From: Zygnema circumcarinatum SAG 698-1b
Lineage: Eukaryota > Plantae > Zygnematophyceae
Reading direction: 5' to 3'
Assembly: GCA_037447605.1 (NCBI GenBank)
Contig: CM074812.1
Location: forward strand, 2,666,001 to 2,730,000
DNA length: 64,000 nucleotides
This document shows positions 20,901-48,922 of this stretch, piece after piece. The translations under genes and the position numbers were made by a program. A model generated the notes under the pieces. The model did not search any database, was not told where the DNA came from, and saw only the letters and a program-made list of their open reading frames with translations. Position 1 is the stretch's first letter, and each line of letters begins with the position of its first letter.

Positions 20901-23900
20901 GAGAAAACTCAAGAATTCAATGAGACTATCGAAAGCTTGAATAAGTGCCAGATTTCATTATCCACAACTACAAGCTGCAAGTACTCTGTAAGTGACCTTC
21001 CACACTCTCAATAAAGAGAAGGTTAAAAGTATGAAGATGTAGATCGGGTGCAGAAGTACCGATTTCGTTGGACGAAGGTGGTGGTGGTGGTAATGATTCC
21101 GGAGGAGGTACTGCAATTGAGAACACTCAAGAATTCAATAAGTCTATATAGAAATAGCCTCTATCACAATAGCCTGTAAGAAGTCTGTGGTTTAGTTTGT
21201 AATCAGGATACATTCGATGGAGATGAAGATGATGGACTGCAGGAGAGAGGATACTGGCATTGAGAAAACACAAGGATTCTAAGAAAGTATCGGGACACTT
21301 GAAGAGTATCAATGTGGGGAACAACGGGGACGATACTGCAATTGAGAAAACTCAAGAACTCAATGGGACTATTAAAAGCTTGAATAAGTGTCAGATTTCA
21401 TTGTCCACAACTACAAGCTGCAAGCTAAAAGGCGATACTCTGTAAGTGATCTTCCACACTCTCAATTAAGAAAAGGTAAAAAGTATGAAGCTGAAGGTTG
21501 GGTTCAGAAGTACCGATTTTGTTGAGGGAAGGTGGTGGTGGGGGTACTGATTCCGGAGGAGCAGCTACTGTAATTCAGAAATCACAATAATTCAATGAGT
21601 CTGAATAGAAACAGCCTCTATCACAATTGCCTGTAAATAGTCTGTAGTTTAGTTTGTAGTCAAGATTCATTCAAAGGAGTGAAAAAGCATCAATGTGGGG
21701 AAAAACTCTTGTTTTCAGGATTACCAGTTGTCTTAAGGGGAGGTGGCGGTGAGGGTGATGGTGGTGGAGGAGGGGGTACTGCAACTGCAAAAATAATGGT
21801 TTTCGTCAAAGATAGTACTTTGTTGACGATGTCTAATCTTTGTACAACAATAAAAAAAAGATAGAGATTAAATGTCCAGTGTATGCACGTGAACAGTGAT
21901 GCTTCATTTTGGTTTTTTATTCCAAACTGAGAGCAAAGGTTTAGCGGTGAGATTAGTAGTCAAGCTGGAGATAAAACTGATTGAACTTAGAAGAATTGAT
22001 AACTTACTGTCGCGCACATACAGCTTAACAGATTCTGCGCTCTTTGTGTTGGTAACATTAGTTTTCAGGTAACATTCGAGCCTGTCTTCTACCAGACGTG
22101 TAGCAAATCCGAGGCACGAGCAGTCGCTTGCACAGAGCGGTATGCAATCTTCATCAGTTACCACAGTCACATTTGTGTAGTCGTTCCCATTAGAATTAGT
22201 ATTATTGGACAATGTGAACGTATCAGCTAGGCCCGCACATTCTCCTGCACAGTCGAACATAAAAAATGAAGCAAATGATGAATAATATCAATGATAATAT
22301 TATCATCATCAGCCGTATAATTCGCGTATCGGTATATCGCATCGTCAGTATCTATGGCTATACCACTAGATCTTTTTAAATTCATGGAAGCGATGGAGAC
22401 GCACAGGGGAGGAATGCAGCAAGACTGTATAAGCAGACGAGCCAGATATTAAAAAAACTCACAATTGACCAGACTGACTACGCATTCAGGACTGATTCAA
22501 AACGAAAGAGTGAGCTCCCTACGAAAGTAGACCGAATCTAACAGTGCCCTTCTAATCTCTAGGGATGTGACGGTGAGAGAATAAAAAAGGCGATTTCGAA
22601 AATTACCGCCAGAAGATGGTGTGGGTACTCGTGTATACAACTTAACAGCCGAGGTAGAGCTCTGTTGGTTGGAAACATCAGTTTTCAGGGAACATACGAG
22701 ACGCGAGACGTTTTCTTGAGTAGAAAAATACATAGAAAATCCGAGGCAGAAGCAATCGCTATTGCACAGCGAAAGGCACTGGACATTGTCTGCCACGTAA
22801 TATGCTCCATAGTCGCTCCCCGGAGAATCACTATAATTGAAATAGCTGAAGGCATTCGTTAGGCCTGCACATCCTCCTGCACAACCAAACATAAAACTGA
22901 AGCAAATGATGAATAATGTCGATGATGACAGTATCATCATTAGCCGTATAATTCACCTATCGATCTATCACATCGTAACATGTACTGCCACCTATGGAAC
23001 CGTATGGTGCCCTGGATCGCGTAAGTCACGAACTCACTGGCCAGCGATTGGCTAATGGGGGAGTTGGCAACGCACCCGTCCAGCTGCTCTCAAAGCTCCA
23101 CGACAAAATCTGATGAATATCATAACATAGTCCCGTTGCAGCTGTGAATCCAACGTAGGCCGCCGTTACATTGGCGCAGGCCGTACACCCGAGAGGCCGA
23201 AGGATGCTGCAAAGGGACTCGGTGTAGGTGACAACGGGGTTATGAGGGGGGCTATCGACATCGCTCAAGTATATGGACCACTTGCTGGTATCGCCGAAGT
23301 AGTGTACCCATGCATACTTCGTCGAGTTTTCCCACAAGTGGTCAAGGGCGGACGTACTTTGTTGTGTAACAACCGAGGGGCTCCACTTTTCAAGTATTGC
23401 AACATGTCTTCCATCAGGTTCGTTGTACTCAGGATTGGGGTACGTGTCGAATGCAACGGCTATGGAACCAACATTGGCCGATGGAACGGTAGTATCTCCG
23501 TACGTGTACCCGAGGCTCCCGCCCTTGACTAAAGAAATGTTGCTCAAGTCCGCATTGGAAGCAACAAAAGTGAAAGTAAGGCCATCTCCGTCACACCCAT
23601 TGTTGGTGTTGAAAATGAGGAACGAGAAACTAGCCGTAAAAGAAGCTGCTTGGCAATCTCCAGTTGTACTTTTCCGGAGCAAGGTCACCGGAGCCGGATG
23701 GAATGCATTACCAACAACGTATTGGTTCATGTCTGTAAGCTGCAGACTGCTGCCAACGATTGCTGTGCTGCCTTGCATGATGGGAGGTAGGCTTGCGTTG
23801 AAACCCTCATAGTTGAAGGCCGTCGGGGGAGTAAGAACTGCATCACCAAAAAGACGAAGATCGGAAATAAGTAGAAGAGCAATGCATCTGTCGCGTAGCT

Positions 23901-25387
23901 GGTAGAAAGGAGAGTACTTAATGGAACTAACTTGGGAAGAGCTCTCTGTGAAAAAATCCAACTTGGAATCATTCCCAAATTTCGAATGAAGATTGGTGAA
24001 GCACCGGAAAGGAAACGATCGAGGAGAAAAAAACAGCACAGCAGTGTTGTTTTAGAAGCTCTGTTCTGTAGAGCAGTCAGATGGAGAAAACACTCTCCCC
24101 ACCTCTTCCCCCCCTCTGTCTCCCTCTCTCCCCCACTCTCCCCCCCTTTTTCCCCAACCTCTCTGCCTCCTCTCAGTCCCCCTCTGAAAACAATTTTTTG
24201 ATCGTCCGGAGACAAATGCTCGAAAGAATCGTGCGAAGGATTCATTCCATGCATGCATCATGCTATCAAACTTCAACGGTCCGAGTAACATGCATGCTGT
24301 CGATTTGAATTACAGATATTCATCCTGCAAACGTTACGATGAGAAGTCCCTTCTGTCCTTTCATCATGAAAGGACTGTTCTACGCTCAATTCTTGGTCAT
24401 GGTTAACCAGAGGCGTCACTTTACAAAACCTGAGATGACCACGCCATTAAACAAAGTACCCAAAACACAAAAGGACCTAAATCCAGAACTCACCCCTCCA
24501 ATGGAAGTGGTTGGGAAACAGCTTACCACATATTCCGTACTCTTTCTGACATCCGACACCACAGTAGTCCGCCGTTTTGCCGCACTTGTTGACATTGGAG
24601 CAGCACGCAGTGTCGTTACATTGCAGATTTACAAAGGGCCCACAAGTGCCTGAAAGAAACGGAGCAGCAACAAGCAAGTACGACACGCAAACAACAACAA
24701 AAAAACAAAAAAAGTGAAATGCGTATTAAGAAAACAAAACAGAAAGATAAGAAAACAAGATGCAAATACATAGAGACAAGTGGTTCACAGAGGCATTGAC
24801 TGATGAAATGCATGTGCAAGCAAAAGTTCCACGAACAATTCCATTTTAACGCCGTTCAGGGCAGACGCTGACCGTCAGTAGATGTCGGAAGTAGACTCCG
24901 GCGAGTTGTTCTTGTCGGACCCAGTTCAAGAGTTCTCCCCTCTTCTGTTCAGAGTCAATTTTGAAAAGTGGGATGTAAGAAGCAGAGAAGGGAAGGAAAA
25001 AGAGTGAAGACGAAAGACATACGAGACACGAGGAAAATATCATACATACAAGACCACTCCATCCCTCCCTCCCTCCCTCCTTCCTGAGCTGCACGCGGGG
25101 AGCAATGCAGCACGTTAACACATGAAGACAGCAGAAAAGCCAGCTCTTAAAAAATCTCAAAACTGACAAGGACTGAATGGGGTTTCTCCTTTCCAGATCC
25201 CTCTCTCCCTCCCTCCCTCCCTCCCTCCNNNNNNNNNNCCTCCCTCCCTCCCTCCCTCCCTCCCTCCCTCCCTCGGCGGCTCACTGTTTCGCGGGTGCAT
25301 GTCCTGATTGGCGGCTTCGCGCGCGGCGGCGGCTGCGGCAATGAGGAGGATCGCCGCCGCGAGAGAGAGAGACCGCGCGCGCGCCAT
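17938..25387 (-). CDS. Receptor-like kinase B: signal peptide + hevein/CBM18 + legume (L-type) lectin + 2x PAN/apple-like + Pro-rich stalk + TM + RD kinase, about 989 aa
   Basis: Exons 25387-25285 (SP), 24649-24527 (hevein), 23837-23076 (L-lectin), 22876-22607 and 22244-22008 (PAN), 21778-21725, 21567-21514, 21110-21060, 20874-20836 (Pro-rich), 20670-20530 (TM), 20132-19864, 19661-19526, 19118-18967, 18836-18694, 18540-18432, 18264-17938 (kinase). All GT-AG with an open frame throughout. Kinase exons are nearly identical to RLK-A. Use of each stalk micro-exon is predicted, not proven. Confidence 0.85.
22008..22876 (-). CDS. Two tandem PAN/apple-like domain exons of RLK-B
   Basis: [21 protein letters not shown] and [21 protein letters not shown]. 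The intron sequence upstream of each is also duplicated (about 22920-22975 versus 22290-22345); both exons phase 1-1. Confidence 0.8.
23076..23837 (-). CDS. Legume (L-type) lectin domain exon of RLK-B
   Basis: [74 protein letters not shown] matches the lectin_legB motif order; 762 nt, phase 1-1. Confidence 0.9.
24527..24649 (-). CDS. Hevein-like chitin-binding domain (CBM18) exon of RLK-B
   Basis: [40 protein letters not shown]: 8 Cys in hevein spacing (CG..C..CCS..CG..YC..GCQ..YG.C); 123 nt, phase 1-1. Confidence 0.85.
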
Positions 25388-25831
25388 CGCGGCCAAGCGC
25401 CCGCCCGAGACAGGAGGGGACAGGACGCGGGCGCGGCCAGAGGCGAGGAGAAGGCGGGGAGAGGGAGGGGGGGGGAGGGGCCTGCTTAGTAGTTGGGCGC
25501 CGTCCCCCGCCATGGCCGGTGACAGGGACGTTGGAGCGTTCTCGGCGCGTTGACTTGGGACGTTGGCGCGTTGACTTGGGACGGGTGGGATGTGACCGTC
25601 ATTCCTGGAAGGAATGGTTTATCGAATTTAGGATTCGCCAGGATTTAGGCCAATCACCATCTGCCACGTGTTATTTTGTATGACGTGGCTGCAGACTTTG
25701 TAAGAAACGACAGAATACATCATTTTAAATGTACGGAGAGTTCAGAAGTCAATTTCCTTATGAGGAAAACATTAGGGGTTGTCAGACTTAAAAATCATCC
25801 GTATGTCCGTTCGTACGTTTTTCACGAAATA

Positions 25832-26034
25832 GGGGGAGTCAGACCTTGACCATCGCTTACGAAATTCCTGAATTCCTTATTATACTAAAAGTCACATCTT
25901 TCGTGTACGAATTCTGCGTCGGGATCCGCGGCTCCGCCGAACACAGCCGTACCAAAATGCGTACCTAGCCAATCCTTAATTCGCCCGACAGGCTTACGAA
26001 ATTGATTTGGCGATGGTCAAGGTCTGACTCCCCC
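25832..26034. mobile_element. About 200-bp MITE with TIR GGGGGAGTCAGACCTTGACCATCGC, TA-flanked
   Basis: TA|GGGGGAGTCAGACCTTGACCATCGC...GCGATGGTCAAGGTCTGACTCCCCC|TA. Inverted close copy at 63334-63532 and a diverged neighbour at 26047-26251. Confidence 0.8.
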
Positions 26035-26046
26035 TAATGAGTATTA

Positions 26047-26251
26047 GTGGGGGTCAGACTTAACAAATGGCCAAATCAATTTAGTCAGCCTGCCGGGCGT
26101 ATTTTCGCTTTAGCTTGGTACGCATTTCGGTACGGCCAGGTTCGGCGGAGCCGCGGATCCCGACCCGAAGTCCGTACACGAAATAAGTGACTTCTCGTAC
26201 ACTGTACTGAATTCAGGAATTTCGTAGTCTACGCGTTAAGTCTGATCCCCC
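26047..26251. mobile_element. Diverged copy of the 200-bp MITE family, adjacent and in opposite orientation
   Basis: Shares cggcggagccgcggatcccgacccgaa..cgtacacgaaa..gtgactt with 63334-63532; termini gtgggggtcagactt / aagtctgatccccc|TA. Confidence 0.65.
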
Positions 26252-26701
26252 TATTCCGGAGAAATTGCGAGCAGGCGAGGGACCGTCCGACGGGGACAGA
26301 CCGCCTGTACGGAGTGCGGGTGTGGAAAGTGGGGGCTCTCAGACTTAACAAAATTTGACGGAAAGGTGAAGGTGAGTTACGGAAGTGCTCCTCTGCGGGG
26401 GGGTCGCGATGTCGCCGCAGTGCTCGTTCCACGAACAATCGGCCGCGGGGACGCAGAGTGGCTCGGGTCCCGTCGCACGCGGAAGTTGGCCTCTTGCGCC
26501 ATTGTAGCAATCGCGTCGCGCACAACATTATGGGTTTAAACTAAAACCGGAACTGGAGCTGGAGCTGGAACTGGAACTGGAACTGGAACTGTACATGGAG
26601 ATATGCCCCCTTCAGTCATGCGAGCAGTCCAGAGTTTCAAACTCCGGAGCATTAGAGATGCCCGTACGGATCTGTCCCTTTCTGTACAGTACAGTACTGT
26701 A

Positions 26702-27240
26702 CAGTAGGGGGTCCTCATATTTTCCACCCTTGTTCCGGGCAAAATGAGGCGAAAATATTAAATTTGCATATATAAGGTTCGTGTTACGAATAGACGGGCG
26801 GTATTATGTTAGAGTTCATGTTGAACCGTGCGTATCGTACCGTACCATATCGTACCGTATCGTACTGTATCATTTAGCATCGTATCGTATCGTGACATAT
26901 CGTGACGCATATATTGTCGTACATACTGTCGTCATCTAACCATCTGGGAGTTTCGTATCGTATTTATCGTGTCGTATCGTATCGTATCGTATCGTATCGA
27001 AGTCAAGAAGACGGGGAGAGGAGCGAGCGCCTCTTACGGCGGCACGAGCGGGGAGATTAGGTGCGTTTTGCGTAAGCCCGTAACGGCTAGTACAGATAGT
27101 ACGGACAGTACGAACAGTACGAACAGTACGGACACTACGGCTAACACAAGTTACCGTACAAAAAAGTGGTTTCGGCAAAATTGGGGCGAAAATATTGAGG
27201 ACGCACTCCTTGGGGTGGTAAATACGAGGACCCCCCACTG
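26702..27240. mobile_element. Tc1/mariner-type MITE (539 bp)
   Basis: TA|CAGTAGGGGGTCCTCATATTTTCCACC ... GGTGGTAAATACGAGGACCCCCCACTG|TA; internal (TATCG)n; second copy at 54215-54797. Confidence 0.85.
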
Positions 27241-28234
27241 TACAGTATAGTACTGTAAGGACAAACTGTCCGGTCAAGCAAGCGTACGTCACCCATGAGG
27301 ATAAATTCTGGTGCTTTCAAAAAACGACAAGACACATAACGTTTTCTGGAGTTGACGCTGAAACGCTTGGACCGTTTCCGGCTTTCGACACTTTCATGTT
27401 GGCGGCAGGGATCAAAGTTCTCCGTACATGGGTTTGTCTGTAGTTTCGTACGAGTCTCGGAGAGTCCTTCCAGCAAATCAGCCATGCGGCAGTTGTCCTG
27501 CGTCCGTTGACCGTGGACAGTGTCAATCCGTACGATCCATACGTGGCATTTTCTAATTAGTGATTTCCGCTAAAAAAGTTATTTACTTTGTTCGATTTTG
27601 TCTTTTCTGCCGAAACGGTCAGAAAACTCTGGTTGGAGAATGTACGAATCTAACGGTAAGGAAAGTTACCAATCAGTTCGCACTTGTAAGAAAATCGTTA
27701 ACGAACGTAGGTAGGTCGGTGGCTGATTGTGAGATCGCCACGTTTGGAATGTGTCGGTTGCCGGACAGCCGACCTATTGAAAGCCTAGCAATGACTGCTG
27801 ACGGTTTGTCGCGTTTAGGGATCTGGTACGAAAGTTCGGCAGTCGTTGGGAAGGCATGTTAATGGCACTTTGTCACCGAATCTGTGGTAATCGTTGAGTC
27901 TTTCTCCTTTTTAGAACTGGAATTGTACGGTCTGTGTCCTGTTAGAACCCTAAAAACCCTAAAACCCTAAAAACCCTACAAACCCTAAAAACCCTAAAAA
28001 TTCTAAAACGCAGCCCCTAAGAAGCAGCCGCGAAGGTCACCGATGTGATCACCAACAACCGCAGCACGCGAGGCCATCAAATGTACAGTACATAGACAAA
28101 AGCAGCAACATGGGGAACCACGAGGAAGTGGTCGCAAAGGACCTGAGAACAAACGAAAAATGCTAGGAGCGGAAAAGTACGCCTAGGCGCAACAACAACA
28201 TGGAACCCTCGAATTTATGTCCATCTTAAAAAAA

Positions 28235-28906
28235 GGAGAATGATGGACGGCCCCCCTTTTTTGGATATCCTCTCCCCTTGATTTCTTTTTGAGAGGCAAA
28301 AATATGTTAGTGCCTGCCCGAATCCGCTCGGAGTGGAAGACCCGTCCGGCTCGCATGTGCGAGTGCGCGCGTCCTTCACACTTGCGGTGAATCTCAGCCG
28401 TCTCTCTCCCAGATCGCATCACGGCAACCGTTCGATCTGCGGTCGGGCTCGGTCCCAGCGAATGGCACGCGCCCACGTGGCTCAGTATGATGGTCAGACG
28501 GTAAGTTCGACGGACGGCACGCGGTGGCGCCTGGACGCGTTTGTACGGATGGAAGTACAGTACTGTACAGTACTGTAGCCGAATCGGTTTGGTACACAAA
28601 TCGTACGGTCACAGCTTCGAGGAAAGTCGAAATACCGTTTTTTAAAATATTGAGGGTCTGGACCAAGCACAATTTGCTACGTCATACAAAAGAACACGTG
28701 GTAGACGATGATTGGCTGCCAATTTTCTGCAGGTCCAGCTCATAGTTTTCCGGAGATCTCGGGCCGAGGGTCGCTCGCACTCGCACTTGCGAGCCGGACG
28801 GATCTTCCGCTCCGAGCGGATTCGGGCAGGCCCTAACATTTTTTTGCCTTTCAAAAAGAAATCAGGGGAGAGGATATCCAAAAAAGGGGAGCGTCCATCA
28901 TTCTTC
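28235..28906. mobile_element. Foldback MITE of the GGAGAATGAT family (about 140-bp TIRs)
   Basis: ggagaatgatggacggccccccttttttggatatcctctcccc...cgcatgtgcgagtgcg versus cgcactcgcacttgcgagcc...ggggagaggatatccaaaaaagggagcgtccatcattcttc. A-rich flanks; TSD unresolved, so the superfamily (possibly MULE-like) is uncertain. Confidence 0.75.
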
Positions 28907-30152
28907 TTAAAAAACCGAAAAAAGGTACAAAAGAAAAGTACAGATTGTATTTCATTTTTGACTGTGATAGACCAGACCATTTTTTGTCGCGTAGTAATTG
29001 CTGCACACTTGAGCATGCCCACAAACCGACAAGTGTTTAATTTTGACGATCCCATTTATAGCTTTTGCCGGCCAATCAGGTACGGTCCCACCGACCAAAC
29101 CTTTGGAGATTCTCAAATCGCCGAAAAAGTCACGTCAACGTTTTGTCCCATCGGTGGTCTATGATTTCCAAAACGACAAAACGATCCGTGATTTCCGGAT
29201 CCAAACTGTCTGTTCATACACGTGCGACAAAATCCAGTGTAGATGAAGGTGACACGTGTCACAAACACCGTAATTTACGGATGTAAATCCAATCAGAGGG
29301 CTCCAAAATCTCTCAGATTTCGGCGCGCTTTGTGAAAACTCCGCGATCTGTGCGGAAAAGAACAATAAAGCCAAAAATGGTCGCACACCGACAAGCATTT
29401 CCAACATCATTTTTCTCAACATCACTCCCTTCAACATCAACACATCGACCAATCACGTCTCTCTCCTGAGACTCAAACATCATATCATGCCGCCCAACAT
29501 CACACATCGGGAACATATGCTCGTCGGTCACATCACCATCACTTACCTCTGAAAGGGGCCTTCCCCAAAGTCGACCCATTTTGAATCAAACGTCAGCCAA
29601 TGGGAAGATGCCGCGTGTACAATTTGTACACGTTCCTCGTTCCCATTGGGGCGATGATGTCGGTGGTCCGCAAAGCTGAAGGGCCCCTTTCAGGGTCCCG
29701 TGAATGGACCGGAGGCATGGCATGGCATGGCATGGCATGGCATGATGGGGCATGCCATGAGGCCATGGGGCCATGGAGCCATGGAGCCATGGGGGATGAC
29801 ATAAGGGCCTGCTTCGCCTTAAGCTTTGGACTTTGGGGTTGTAGGGGGGGGAAAGAGGTTGAGAGAGAGAGGGGTAGGAGGCTTGAGAGGGGCAGAGAGT
29901 AGGAGAGGGAGAGGGGGAGGGAGAGGTAGTGGGAGAGGAAGAGGGGGAGATGGTGGAGAAGAAGAAGGCGAGAGAGGCAGAGAAGAGATAGAGAGATAAT
30001 GAAACTGTGAGGGAGAGAGAGAGACTGAGAGAGGAGAGAGGTAAAGCGAGATGAATAGGGAGAGAGAAAAGGAGCAGCACTCTCAAAATTAGGGTTTACT
30101 TGACCACTCATGCGCTGACAGCTGAACCCTAAAATCCCAAAAGCATACGGCC

Positions 30153-48131
<17,979 letters not shown>

Positions 48132-48922
48132 AGCATGTAAATGGCGCTGCTTAGTTATGAGAAACTTGTAAGGAGTCAGGTTGTGAAGGACGACCAATTG
48201 ATAATAAAAATTGAGCTTTTGTACTCAGTCTGTGGTTCTGAATTTCGACCGAGCCAGTTTTTTCTTTGTGTGGAGAATCAAAATCGTTTCAGTAGCTTCA
48301 ATATTGGGTGGAGTTTTTTTTTTTTTTTTTTTTTTAGGGTTTCCTCCCTAGTTTTTTTGGTCGTTTTCAGTCAGCTCGATATGGGCACTACTCGGTCCCT
48401 CCACCCCTGTCCTTCCCAGCGGCTTGCCTTGTTGCTGCCACGTGGCGGCCTCTCGTTGTTACTGCCATTTGCTTCTTGGACTCTTTAAGGGATTCGATAT
48501 GAGAGTGGTACTGATGTTGGGAGAAAGTAATTTCACTGAGAAAGGTCAAAGGATATTTTCCAGTCGGAGGAGTTCACAGGTTGGACCATTCGATCGACCA
48601 TTCGAATGGTTCGGAACCATTGGGCGTCCAACCATTGCCATCCAATGGTTGTCCAATGGTTGGCGATCCAATCCAATGGTTGTCCAATAGTTGGCAATCC
48701 AATGGTCCTACTTGTGGAGGCTTTCTCGGTAAAGAGAGATAGAGAGAGAGAGAGAGTGTCTCATATTGAAGTGAAAATTTCGTGAGGAGGTGCCGGTACA
48801 TATAACCGCATCCATTACAGACCCCACCAACCTCCGTTACAAAATCCGTCGAGACAAGGAAAATGACATAAATAAATAACACTCGCAACTTTTTATATGA
48901 AAGAAAAAAAATACTTTCGCAT

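Noticed and set aside
21904-22940. Two stand-alone secreted PAN proteins with their own signal peptides
   Set aside because: The apparent hydrophobic leaders are T-rich intron ends preceding tgtgcag acceptors. Both segments have phase-1 donors and fit as internal exons of RLK-B, although independent initiation cannot be fully excluded.
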